64,000 nt of DNA from Camelus dromedarius (taxonomy: Eukaryota), in assembly GCF_036321535.1 (NCBI RefSeq), contig NC_087437.1:17362001-17426000 (forward strand). The letters are read 5' to 3'. Positions 1 through 13,735 of the stretch are shown here, piece after piece (positions within the stretch are counted from its first letter, which is position 1; each line of letters opens with the position of its first letter). The position numbers and the translations under genes were made by a program. The notes beneath the pieces are model-generated. The model saw nothing but the letters and a program-made list of their open reading frames with translations. It was not told the origin of the DNA and searched no databases.

Positions 1-2846
1 TCTATTATTTCCTGTCTCCTCTCTTGTCTCTTTTATTCTTTACTATGTTTTCAGGATACACAGTAATACCAGATATAAGGATATTCAAGAAACATTTAGA
101 ACAATCTAGAACTCTGTTTCTAGATTGTGCTATAGAAAAGTATACCAGTATAATCCAGTATAAACACTGATTTAGAATGTCAATATCCCCACACTATCAC
201 CAAAATCAGGTTATTTTCCAATTGGATAAGCAGAAAAGAGCATCTTTTTTAATCTATTTATTGGTCATACTTATTTTTGTTTTGTAAGTTTCCAGTTCAT
301 ATCTTTATTTTTCTATTGGGGTGCTTATATTTTCTCCTTATTTGTAAGAGATCTTTGTATACTAAGGACTGTTATGTATGTTGCAATTTTTTTCTTGCTT
401 TTTTACTTTTAAACTTTATGATACTTTATGCTGTATAGAAAATTTCAGTTTTTATGTAGTTAAATATATCTTTTACCCTTGTAATTTCTCACATTTACAT
501 CAGTCTTTCACCCCTCTGTACTAATGATAATCTACTATATTTTATGATTTTATAAAGATTACATTTTAAATTCTAGATTTATACTCTCACTTCCGTTTTT
601 AGTTAAATTCATTTCACTCCTAGATGTAAACTTCTATTGAAGATGGCTTTGTGAGAAGTACTTTACTTATTTTAAACCCACATTCTATGAAGAGTAACAT
701 GTTACTCAGTTTGAACCCTTTAATGTGATATATTTAATTTCTAAATACTTAATGAAAGTGTTTTTACTTAAAATGCTGTTTAGTCTGTAGTATTTTTTAG
801 CTGTTAGTGTGCAATCTTTTAAAAATTGAGCTGTTCTTTAGAGTGTTTTTTGCAGATGAAAGAAAATATGACAAAGTCCACTTTTGCCAAGTTAGGAGTT
901 CATGTTACTGAGGTTTATAAGAATGTGCATCACATAAGGCTGGCCATATGCCTTGAAAAAACAAAACCCAAATACTGGTTTTTGGCAACCATTATGGATC
1001 AAAATAACTTTTTCCAAAATACAAAAAAATGGTTATTTAGTGTTGATGAACTCCTCTGTATTATTTTCTTCCCGAGGTTTAAAAACATTTTAAAACAGCC
1101 AAATGAGAATCATTTTATTGTTTTTATAGATGAAATTTTAAATATTGCTGATGATAAAAAAAGTGGAAACAATACCAGGGTAGAAAATAAAAGCCCTCTA
1201 GTAAGCCAGTCTCCACAGGTAACCATGAATATTAGTTTGGAATAAATATTTCTGGGTTATTTAATTCATAAATAAATATATATTTCAGTGATTGTAAGAT
1301 GTCAATTATAAGATACATTTTGACTTTGGAAATGTGAAAAAATGTGCCTCTTAAACTTGGTGTATCATATATCACTTATATATCTAGAAAATTCAACAAA
1401 CTAGTGAATAAAACAAAAAAAGAAGCAAAGTGACAGATATGGAGAACAAAGTAGTGGTTATCACCAGAGAGAGGGTAGCAAGAAGGACAATATAGGCGTA
1501 GGAAGAGTTATTATGGGATTATATGAAATCATGTGTGTGAAACTTTTGAGAATTGTAAAGAAAAAGAATGTTTTTTAAAAAGCTTGGTATATCATAAATA
1601 GAATGAGATTATATCTATTTTTCTATTTTTTCACATAAGATAGGGATATCTTCCCATTTGATACATGTTAAGTATTGAATTAATCAATATCCAATTTTTA
1701 AGCGCATTTAGATTATTTACACCTTTTGGATGATAAAAACAATGTTATGTTGAACATTCTTTTATATAGCTCTGTGTAATGGTGTTATTACCTTAAAGTA
1801 AATTCCTAAGTGAAATTGATGGGTTGGGAGAATGCACATTTTGCATTTTGGTGCATATTGTCTGCCCTCCAAAAATCTTGTAACAATTTGCTCTGCAAAC
1901 AATAGTGCACAATGTTCTAGATTCTTTACTCGATTATATTAAAGATAATCTGCCTTTTCCATTTTCCCTACCTAAGAGGTAAAAACAGATATTTCACTCT
2001 TCTTTTAATTCTTGTTTCTGTGAGTTTTTATAGAAATTGTGCCTCTTTCCATATGTTTGTTGGTTATCTGAATTTCTTCTTTTGTTGTGAATTACTTAAT
2101 CATAGCTTTTGCACAATTTTCTTGAGTTTTTGAAACCCCATTTTGGATGAAAGATGTTGATCCTTTGTTGTTATTGTCGTTTTTAGTTTGTCATTAAATT
2201 TTTTTTCTGGTATCGTTTTTGCACAGAAGATTTAAATATTCCTGGAGTCAGATTTGTCAGTCTTCCTTTTGTGATGTTTGACATTGGTGTTACACTTAGA
2301 ACACCACCCCAATCCCCACCCCAAGATTATAAAAATATTCTCTAGTGAGAGAAGGAGCACAGTTAAATTACCAAGGACTAGAACTTAGAATCACTATATT
2401 TAGATAGTCACCAGTTCTGTTTCTAAACAGGATCTTACAGGCTTTGTCTATTTGTGTTCATAGACCTGTCAGTCAGCTCTAGTCAGGAGGTGGGTAGTTG
2501 TGAGCTTAGGGACCCAAACTGAAGAGAGGCAATGATTATGCTAGTTTCATTTAATTAGTATGACTGACAATTCTCTTTTAGCTATTAGAAATGGGACTTA
2601 GTATAGTTAGTCACATAAGAAAATAGTATTTGGGGAGACTGGCAGGGGGTTTCACAGATTAATTAATCATATATTTTTTCATACTTTTATATAATTTGGG
2701 GTCTTTTCAAGGACTTATTGAAGTTAAGAGAATATATATAGATGTAAATATGCTGAATATAATCAAACATAGGTTTAACTGGAGCTTGTAAAATTAATTT
2801 TCACAATATTTTAATTCAAATGAATAGCTGAATTCCCCAGTAACTT

Positions 2847-2853
2847 AAAATAT

Positions 2854-2908
<55 letters not shown>

Positions 2909-3057
2909 TACAATTTTTAAAGGTTACACTCCATTTACAGTTATTACAAAATATTGGCTATATCCCCCATGTTGTACAATATATCCCTATAGCCTATCTT
3001 ACACTCAACAGTTTGTACTTCCCACTCCCCCACCTCTAGATTTCCCCTCCCTGCCCT
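2847..3057 (-). mobile_element. Short L1 3'-end fragment with (TTTA)n tail
   Basis: L1 3'UTR-like sequence, with gtaactt repeated at 2840-2846 and 3058-3064. Confidence 0.7.
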
Positions 3058-3400
3058 GTAACTTTTAAGTTGGGTAGTATTGCTATCCACACTTCAGATC
3101 TCCTAGCTGATCTCAGCAATTGTTGGCCTACCTAGCAATCTGAGATTTTGTGGTTATCATAATTGGTATTAGATCCTCCCTAGTTATTAGGTGCTTGAGT
3201 CTTTGCCTCCTGGTGACCTGAGTAGAAATATAACTTTCTGGTTTGGGATTAGAATTTGTAGGTGAGGAAATATGATAGAATTAATTGTATTCTAACCAGG
3301 CCCTCTTTTTCCCCCAAGCAGTTTTAAACATTTCATTAGTGATGAGAGTCTTGTCTCATTTTCCTTGCTGAGGTCACTCTGTACCAGGGATGATATTCTT

Positions 3401-6210
3401 TTTGTTGTTGTTGTTGTTGTTACTTCTTTTTAAAATTGGAATATAGTCAGTTTACAATGTTGTATCAATTTCTTGTGTACAGCACAATGCTTTGGTCATA
3501 CATGAATATACGTATATTCATTTTCATATTCTTTTTCACTGTAAGCTACTACAAGATATTGAATATAGTTCCCTGTGCTATACAGTATAAACTTGTTTAT
3601 CTGTTTTATATACACCAGTCAGTATCTGCAAATCTTGAACTCTTAATTTATCCTTTCCCACCCTCTTCCCCCCTGGTAACCATAAGTTTGTTTTCTTTGT
3701 TTATGAGTCTGTTTCTGTTTTGTAAATAAGTTCTTTTTTTTGATTCCACATATGAGTGATATCATATGGTATTTTCCTTTCTCTTCCTGGCTTACTTCAC
3801 TTAGAATGACATTCTCCAGGGCCTTTCATGTTGCTGCAAATGGCATTATTTTATTTTTTATGGCTGAGTAGTATTCCATTGTATAAATATACCACAACTT
3901 CTTTATCCAGTCATCTGTTGATGGACATTTAAGTTGTTTCCATGTCTTGGCTCCTGTATATAGTGTTGCTATGAATATTGGGGTGCAGATGTCTTTTTGA
4001 ATTAAGGTTCCCTCTGGATATATGCCCAGGAGTGGGATTGCTGGATCATATGGTAAGTCTATTTTTAGTTAGCCCAGAAATGAACCCACAAACTTTTGGT
4101 CAATTGATCTTTGACAAAGGAGGCAAGAACATACAATGGAATAAAGACAGTCTCTTCAGCAAATGGTGTTGGGAAAACTGGACAGCTGCATGTAAATAAA
4201 TGAAGTTAGAATACTCCCTCACACTATACACAAAAGTAAACTCAAAATGGCTTAAAGACTTAAACATACAACAAGACACTATAAATCTCCTAGAAGAAAA
4301 TATAGGCAAAACATTATCTGACATACATCTCAGCAATGTTCTCCTAGGGCAGTTTAACCAAGCAATAGAAATAAACAGATGGGACCTAATTAAACTTATA
4401 AGCTTTTGCAGAGCAAAGAAAACCATAAATAAAATAAAACAACAACCTACGGAATGGGAGAAAATATTTGCAAATGATGAGACTGACAAGGTCTTGACTT
4501 CCAGAATATATAAACAGCTCACACAACTTAATAAAAAAACAAACAAACAAATAAAGACAGTCTCTTCAGCAAATGGTGTTGGGAAAACTGGACAGCAGCA
4601 TGTAAAACAATGAAGCTAGAACACTCCCTTACACCATATACAAAAATCAACTCAAAATGGATTAAAGACTTAAACATAAGACAAGATACAATAAACCTCC
4701 TAGAGGAAAACATAGGCAAAACATTATCTGACATACATCTCAAAAATTTTCTCCTAGAAGAAATAAAAGCAAGAATAAACAAATGGGACCTAATGAAACT
4801 TACAAGCTTCTGCACAGCAAAGGAAACCAGAAGTAAAACAAGAAGAAAACCTACAGAATGGGAGAAAATTTTTGCAAGTGAAACCGACAAAGGCTTGATC
4901 TCCAGAATATATAAGCAACTCATATGACTCAATAAGAAAAAAATAAACAACCCTATCCAAAAATGGGCAGAAGACCTAAACAAGCAATTCTCCAAGGAAG
5001 ACATACAAATGATCAAAAAGCACATGAAAAAATGCTCAATATCACTAATTATCAGAGAAATGCAAATCAAAACTACAATGAGGTATCACCTCACACCAGT
5101 CAGAATGGCCGTCATTCAAAAATCCACAAATGACAAATGCTGGAGAGGCTGTGGAGAAAGGGGAACCCTCCTACACTGCTGGTGGGAATGCAGTTTGGTG
5201 CAGCCACTATGGAAAACAGTGTGGAGATTCCTCAAAAGACTAGGAATAGACTTACCATATGACCCAGGAATCCCACTCCTGGGCTTGTATCCAGAAGGAA
5301 ATCTACTTCAGGATGACACCTGCACCCCAATGTTCATAGCAGCACTATTTACAATAGCCAAAACACGGAAACAGCCTAAATGTCCATCAACAGGGGACTG
5401 GATAAAGAAGATGTGGTATATTTATACAATGGAATACTATCAGCCATAAAAACCGACAACATAATGCCATTTGCAGCAACATGGATGCTCCTGGAGAATG
5501 TCATTCTAAGTGAAGTAAGCCAGAAAGAGAAAGAAAAATACCATATGAGATCGCTCATATGTGGAATCTAAAAAACAAAAACAAACAAACAAACAAAAAC
5601 AAAGTGTAAAGGACAGAAATAGACTCACAGACAGAGAATACAGACTTGTGGTTACCAGGGGGGTGGAGGGTGGGAAGGGATAGACTGGGATTTCAAAACT
5701 GTAGAATAGACTACACTGTATAGCACAGGGAAATATACACAAAATGTTATGATAACTCACAGAGAAAAAAATGTGACAATGAGTGTGTATATGTCCATGA
5801 ATAACTGAAAAATTGTGCTGAACACTGGAATTTGACACAACATTGTAAAATGATTATAAATCAATAAAAAATGTTAAAAAAAAAAAAACAAAAACAACCC
5901 AATCTGAAAATGGGCAGAAGGCCTAAACAAGCAATTCTCCAATGAAGACGTATGAATAGCCAATAGGCACATGAAAAAATGCTCAATATCGCTAATTATC
6001 AGAGAAATGCAAATCAAAACTACAATGAGGTATCACCTCACACCAGTCAGAATGGCCATCATTCAACAGTCCACAAACGATAAATGCTGGAGATGGTGCG
6101 GAGAAAAGGGAACCCTCCTACACTGTTGGTGGGAATGCAGGTTCATGCAGTCATTGTGGAAAACAGTATGAAGATTCCTCAAAAGACTAAAAATAGACCT
6201 ACCACATGAT
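3401..6210 (-). mobile_element. 5'-inverted (twin-primed) L1: 3' end antisense at 3401-4069, inverted ORF2 segment at 4070-4549 plus 5889-6210
   Basis: 17-bp TSD ccagggatgatattctt at 3384-3400 and 6211-6227. Strand switch at about 4070. ORF2 C-terminal peptides appear in the ORF track. Confidence 0.88.
4550..5888 (+). mobile_element. Younger 5'-truncated L1 (ORF2 C-terminus, 3'UTR, poly-A) nested in the older L1
   Basis: ORF2 peptides at 4610-5571 ([39 protein letters not shown]). AATAAA and A-tail at about 5863-5888. The host L1 resumes collinearly afterwards. Confidence 0.9.
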
Positions 6211-7800
6211 CCAGGGATGATATTCTTAAACACTCTGGTAAGTCACAATTCCAGGATGTTATGGGTCACTGCTATATCCTCCTTCTTATTTCATGTTTCT
6301 CCTGCATTTATTTTGATTATAGAATCAGGCATAGTATCCTCTATCACCACACAGTTTGTTTTTGTTTCTGTTTTTTTGCCATTCTGCCCTTAACAATAAA
6401 TTCTCTAAGTAACCAAAATGTTGCTTTAAAAGTCACTATGTCTTGGCCACTGGCTTGGGTGTGGGAAGGAGACTGATATTCATCCCATTGCCCCTCCTTT
6501 CTCACTTTTCATCCATCTACCTCTAGTCTGGACATAGGAAACACCCTTCTACTTGGTAGGGGAATCTCAGAGATGAGCTGAGATCCCTGAGCTTTTTTTC
6601 TTCAGTGGACCAAAACTTTATTTTGCCCTATAAATGTTAATATACATATATAATTAAAATTTTTTGGCACTTATATAACATTATACATGCTAAATACTTA
6701 TTCACTCTGGTTTCTCTTAAAGTCACCACTGTAGGAGAATTGTACATGATCAATGGGCATATATAATGTGCAGTTAACACTATTTCATATTTATAATTAT
6801 ATATGAACTCAATCCACATGCCTGTTTCATTTAATCATTTCCTGACTTATCAAAATCACTTGCTTTGTGTCTCTTTCCTTTTATTTAGGACCCCAAAATA
6901 TCAGCAACTTTACTGAACTCTGACTTTTACTTTAAAAACTTGAAGGAAAGTAGAAATATTAGATAATCGAATTCTAATTTATTTTGCCTTTGGTTTCTGT
7001 GTAACTCTGACTGAGCCATTGTTTTAAATGGTGGTGAGGATCCCAAAGGTATATAAGGCTGCTGAGGGTCGTGATGGACTAAAGCCAGATACTCACATTA
7101 CTTCTTGGATTCCCTTAATTTAGAGTTAAGAGACAGAAGAGAGTTAGGTTGCAGAACTGTGGCAACCAAAGCTCCTCACCACGACTAATTAGACTCAGAA
7201 TTAGAGGTCTCTGGTTAAAAGGGTGACTTTCTCCAAAGTGGGCCAACTATGCCAGAGGACTCATTCATTCTCCCAGCTTTTGTTAAGTCTGGTATTGCCC
7301 TAAGGCCTGGGGGTACCAAGAAGAAGATAAAGAAGTAATCTCTGTTCTTGGAGCAGTAACACTTTATCAGGGGTTAGTGTTACATATGCAACTCACAGTG
7401 ATACTTCATGTCAAGGATTATAACAGAGCCCTGTAGAAAGTGTTCTTGAACCCAGAGGAGGAACAGATTGTTCAGTGAGAGGCTTCTGCAAATAGTTCAC
7501 CAGGAATGTTGTTGGGATGTGGGTGGGAGTTTGCCAGAGATTGCTTTGTTGGGTAGTAAGTAGTTGACGGCCTCAAGTTGGGGTAAGAGGTGACAGCCTG
7601 GATTTGAAGTTTGGCTGCCATAATAAGCACCTTTGTAAGCTTGGGCAAGTCACTGAACCTTGCTGATCTTCACTTAAGTTTTTTTATCTTTTTGGAATAT
7701 AAGAGGGTCTAATAAGGATGCATACCTTGTTGAGGTTGTTCTGGGATTAAGTGAAATAATACACATAAAGCATTTGATACAAGCCTGGTACGTGGTAGTC

Positions 7801-7862
7801 TTATTTATTTATTTATTTATTTATTTATGCATGCATGCATGCATGCATGCATGCATGCATGC
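7801..7862. repeat. Compound microsatellite (TTTA)n(TGCA)n
   Basis: Directly visible. Confidence 0.95.
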
Positions 7863-10800
7863 CTCTCTATAAAGTTGCATGTAAATCACTCTGGATAAGT
7901 GATTATTGATCCCATTATCAGAGCTTTTAAGGGTAAAAATACAAACCCTTTGTGTCTTCTGAACCTGTGTGTAATCTCCTAATTGTGAAATTTCTCTCTT
8001 AATGTTGCTTAAATCCCAACCTGCTGCTTTTTACCAATTCTCACGCTATCCCAAACCAAAATAGGTCTAGTCTGAAACTGTCATTACTTTTGCTCTGTTC
8101 TCTAGTGCTCTGATGTTAAAGCAAATACATATTTAATTGCATAATTTCCTTCCTCTAACATGTATAGCACTTGTGTCTGTCATGTGTACTCGTTACCATA
8201 TTTCTTATCTCCCAAATGAACATGTAAGTTCTTTAAGAGAAAGCTTATGTTTTCTTAACTTTATCTCTCATAATGTCTTAGCACAGTGCCTTCTACATTA
8301 TAAGTACTCAGTAAATATTGACTGAATGAAGGAATAAAAATAAATGTGTGAGGCTGCGAGAATAGCTGGTGTGATCTCAGGCTGCCCTCATAGAAACAGG
8401 ATCTCCTGAATAGGAGAGTTCATAGAAACTGGTATGTGTTCAGAGAAGAGTGGTTAAGATGGTGAGAAGACTGAAAACCATTATTACACATGGAATAATT
8501 TGAAAAAGAGGAGATTTTCAGTTTGGAAAAGGGAAAACTCATGGTGGGAGGTTTGGGCTGGGGAGGGTAGAAAATAGTAGTTCCTGATACTGAAACAGTG
8601 TCATATGGAAGAGGGAATTAATTAGTGACCCCAGAGCAAATACATAGGAACAGTGTTTTTCAACTCTCATGGTCTTTAATTTTATATATATTATTATATG
8701 ATCTATGGTTACCCTATGTTAAATATATATATGTCAATGTATATACTGTATAAAGCCATATATTTTTATGTATGTACATATTATATAATCTCATTATCAC
8801 CATTTTGCCTAAATTAATGAAGGATGAAAATGACTTTCCAAGAACTTGATCTTGATTATTTAAAACATATTACTAATATCTTTTTTCTGGAGGACAACAG
8901 TTTATAAAATACTATTTTACATGAACACTCGCAGTCTTGCTGGCTCCACCAGCCTTCTCACAGCCTTACATTACACAGCTAGAAAGTGGTAGAGCAGGAA
9001 CAAACCACTAAAGTTTCTAATTACTTGACCTAGAGTCCTTTATTGGGATTTCAAGCCCAAGGGTACCTATTGTGAAACTGCTCCTGTGAAGCTAGTCAAG
9101 GAAAAGAGGCCCTTGGGCTAATAAGATGAAGATTTAACCAGGCAGAGTGGCAGCCCTCAGGACTGTGCCTTCCATGAGAAACTTGGAGGATGAAGGATGG
9201 AGGCAGCCAAATGCTGCCACCTGCCAAGAACCACAGTGAGATTGGTGCAGTTTAGTGATCAGTCAGCCAGCACCTCCATTGTCACAAATACTCCACTATG
9301 TCTTGTTACTATATTAAGAGCTCATTCCATTAAGGGAGAAACATATCACTGTACTATATTTCTAAAGAGGGAAGTATTGCTTTTATTAGCAGTTTCTTAA
9401 ATTGAGATTCTAGGAGATGGATGATCGTGTGTGCTGTTTTAGTGCTGTCTTCATTTCCTGGTGCAGAAGATCAAAAATCTGTCTGTGTTTTAGAAAACAG
9501 CACGAGGTCCATCTGTTCAGGTCAGATTTTTCCACATTAACATGAAGATTTATAGAGTGGTAACTTTTGTAAGAAAAACCAATGATAATTATATTTTTTG
9601 CTGCCATTTGGAATCCACATTAATTTTTTTGTTTGTCATGAAAATATAGTAATACATGCATCGTATGTGCACAACAAATTAATTCTTTCAAACTCTATGT
9701 ATAATAAAGGTATCCTCGTTCGTTTATGTAGTATTTCACCTCTGTTTTGGTTCAAGTTCTAGACATCATCCATCCAGTTTCTGTCTTTAATATGGTGTGT
9801 TTATCGACAGTTTTCCTTTCAACAGAAGGCACAGAAATATAAAAGCTACTTTTGGCTTCTTGGCTGACTTTTCTGGTTTGACTGAAAATACAGAGTAATA
9901 ATTTTTCTCCTCTGATGAAAATAGCTTGATTCCCACCCCCGCCCCCGATTGTGAAGTAAATGCATGGGAAATTAAACAAAAAAGTAAAAAGAAGAAGATA
10001 CTGAATGATTGAAATTTTACCATCCACAAGTATAGATGTAAATTTTTTTATATAAGTAGAGTCATATCATGAATACTCTTTTATACCTTTCTTTTTACTT
10101 AGCAATGTGACTTGAAGATTTTTTATGTCAATATACATACATATACATTATGTTTTTGGATAACTGCATAATATTGCATTGATATTTTTATTTAACAGGT
10201 CCCTCAATAAAAGACAAGTAGGTTAATTCTAAGTTTTTATTGTATAAAGAAAGCCATGATGAATATCCTTGCTTGCCATCTTTATATACTTTACTAGTGA
10301 TCTCCTTAAGAGATATTCCTGGAAATGGCATTGCTGGGTCAAAAGCTCACACATTTTAAATTCTGGTACATGTTACTGTAAAATTAACTCTTGATGAGAT
10401 GGATCACACTGTGTTTTTCCTGTATATATAATGTTCCTGCCAAGGATGGGACTTTATTCACTCTTTATTCAGCTTTGCAGTAGCATTATATTTTTGTGTG
10501 TATTCTCTAACAGACGTAAAAGAAGTGGAATGATTTAAATAAACCTAGGTATGCCACTTAAACAACCAGATGTTGTCAAGATTCATTCAAAATTTGACTT
10601 ATGGTTTAGTCTGGTCACCATCTTTCAATTGCTTTATGTTAGTTGAGTCTAATGAAATGTGATATATGGAGAGATGTGATGGAGTTGTAATTTCATTGAG
10701 TGCTGTGTAGGTATGTATAATCAGTTATGATTAAATTAAATCAAGGGTGTAAAATTTTGAACGAATTCGTTTGGCTTTTCCATAAGTTTGGCCTCAAGAG

Positions 10801-13180
10801 GGATTTCAGGCTTGGCTTTCTCATGGATAAACAGCAGCAAGAATAGGGCAAATGTGAGTAGGTGGTATATCTAGTGTTTGAGGGATTTGAGAGTAGACTC
10901 TGTTGGTCCTGGGTGTTCCTTTTTGTTCAGGGACTGGTACAAGACCTGGGGGGTTGGCAGGCTTCTTTGAATTCAGCTTAGCTATTTGATCTTCTCTTAT
11001 GAGAATTCAGTAAAGAATAAGTAACCAATAAGTACAACTTTAACAAGCATATCAGAACACTCCTGTGGTCTGTTTTACATTTAATTAGCATCTAACCTAA
11101 TTGGTGATTTAACCACTTAGATGCAAACAAAAAAGATCATGGAAACAGAAAAGGATCATTTTACTCCTTCCCCTCCCCCTTCTAGTGATGGCTCCCTGCC
11201 TCTCTTCACAGATTCACCCTGAATTTAAAGGTGCTGATTTACTGCAAATTAATTCTGATTTTTTTGTTTAAGACAGTAGGAAAGTAAGTGGTAGATGATA
11301 AATATGTGTTCATTGAGAATGGCATTTTTTATGCAAATTGATAAGTCCACTACTTCAGAGATTAGAAAGGCTCTTTCCTGGAAGGGGAAGTGTCGATTAT
11401 AAATGGTGAAAGACTCTTGCATTCCAGCAGGTTCTTAGCTGCCAGCCAGCACATTCATCACAGTATGCCAGAATGGATTTTTAAAATGGTACAACACAAA
11501 TTGCTCTGCTCCAAATCAGGCATCATCACCGTCACACAAGCCAAGTCAACCTGCTTGTTTGAAAACTGCCGCATAAGGCTTTTTTTTTTCAACCTCAGTT
11601 AACCTTTTTCTTTCCTTGTATGCATGGTTCATTAGACTCTACTAAAGTCATTTGCTATTGAGTATAGAGGAGACAGGCTTCTCATTTCAATTTTGCCTGC
11701 ACAGCAACTGACACACCCAGTGTTTCCAAGCTGATGGCAAGATAGAATATTTAACCCAGCTCCAGTCAGACCAATAACTCTCATCCCTGCCTACCCCTTT
11801 TCACCCCTTTCTTTTTTACCTTCTGCTCTTAAAAATTTAATTATTTCCTTTTTCTCAATCTTTGTCCCTCCCTGAGCCAGCTGTTGACTCCTGGCAGCTC
11901 CTGCATAGCTGATAGCCCCCTGGCTATCTCTTCCCTACCTTTCTGCCCTAGAACTGTCAGCTAAGTCTCCAACTCAAACCTGGGCTAAGCCTCCTGTTTG
12001 GTGCATCTCTCTACTTCTCCTTCCTGCTTCTCTCCTACCCTATATCCATCCCATCATCTCTCTCCTTACCTCACCTCATCTCCAAGTCCCTTAGCTGTAA
12101 TTTTCTCCTCCCCTGTAACCCAGAATGACACAGCCCAGCAACATCTTCAGCCTCGCTCTCCTTCTCCCATAGCCCAGAGTAGTGCAATTCTGCTTAGCCC
12201 ACTTAGATCACATTCTACCTTGTTTCTCCCAGCCTGGCCCATTCTGGAGTCTGGTATCCATTGCTTTTCATAGTTCAACTAAGCAGCCTTCACCCCCAAC
12301 TCAGTCAGCCACATCCCCAGCTTCAGCTTATCTCAGCCCATCTAAGGAGCCTTGACCCACATTATCTTCTGTAGCTTCTGCTGTTCAGCCCAGAATAAGG
12401 ATCCTTTCTCACCTAAGTATATCCCTGATGCTAGCTAACGTGTTGAGGAGCTTATCATTCAGCCTAGTGTGCCCGAACCTCTTCTCGCCTGGAGTGAATG
12501 AGCTGTCATCTAGTTCTGGTGCTGCTGTGCATCTGTCAGCACTGCAGCGGGTGATCCACATCCACACAGGATGTCACCACTGACCTGTCACAAGCAAAGT
12601 ACAGTGATGATGATGGATTTAGACTGATTCATCCACATTCCTTCCCTGATTCTTCAAAGTAAGAAGATGCATTTGAGGGATTGTTGGCAGGGTTGGGAGA
12701 TGTAGTCATTGGCTATAGAAACAAAAGTTACCTTTTGCTACAGTAATACAAAAGTGAGCCCTAGTGAAGGGCTGGACTATGAGGGTCAGAGCATCAAGAT
12801 CAAATTCCAGAATTAACAAACTGCTGTCCCTCAGACTCTCAGAGTAAATTATTTTTTCTCGAGAGCAGGAAGCTCATAGATAGAGTGAAGAATTTTATAA
12901 CCTACAAGTATTTGAGCCAAATATCAAGTTTCTTACTAATCAATAATGTGACTGTAAAGATCAGAATTCATCCTCAAGAACCCCCCTATGTAACACTTTA
13001 AGGCTAAATACCTAAGAGTAACCACCATCAATCATGTCCACAAATCATGTGGGAAAAAGTTTATAGCTAATTTAAAGTCCAGTCTTAAATTATATCTTTT
13101 TTACTCTGAAAAATTTAAAATGTGAAAGATAATCACTTCTGGCTAGTGTAAATGAAAAGTACTAAGTAATTAAACAATCA

Positions 13181-13699
13181 TTTTTAAAATTAAAGTATAG
13201 TTGATTTATAATATTGTGTTAGTTTCAGGTGTATAGCAAAGTGATTCAGTTATATATATTTTTCACATTACTTTCCATTATAGGTTATTATAAGATATTG
13301 AATATAGTTCCCTATGTTATACAGTAAATCCTTATTGCTTATCTATTTTATGTATAGTTGTTTGTATCTGTTAATCCCATACTCTTGATTTATCCCTTCC
13401 CCCTGCTCCCTTTCCCCTTTGGTAACCATAAGTTTGTATTCTATGTCTGTGAGTCTGTTACTGTTTTGTATATAGATTCATTTGTGTTAATTTTTAGATT
13501 CCACATGTAAGTGATATCATATAATATTTGTCTTTCTTTGCCTGACTTACTTTACTTAGTATGGTATTCCCTAGGTCTATCCATGTTGCTGTAAACAGCA
13601 ATATTTCATCCTTTTTATGGCTGAGTAATATTCCATTACATATATATAATGGTATATATATACCCAGAAGAAATGTGTGTGTGTGTATGTGTACGTATA

Positions 13700-13735
<36 letters not shown>

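Noticed and set aside
826..1245. 139-aa ORF
   Set aside because: Non-ATG start in AT-rich decayed repeat-like sequence, with no protein family recognised.
4141..4950. Apparent tandem duplication or assembly error in L1 ORF2
   Set aside because: The two copies are clearly diverged and are explained by a nested insertion.
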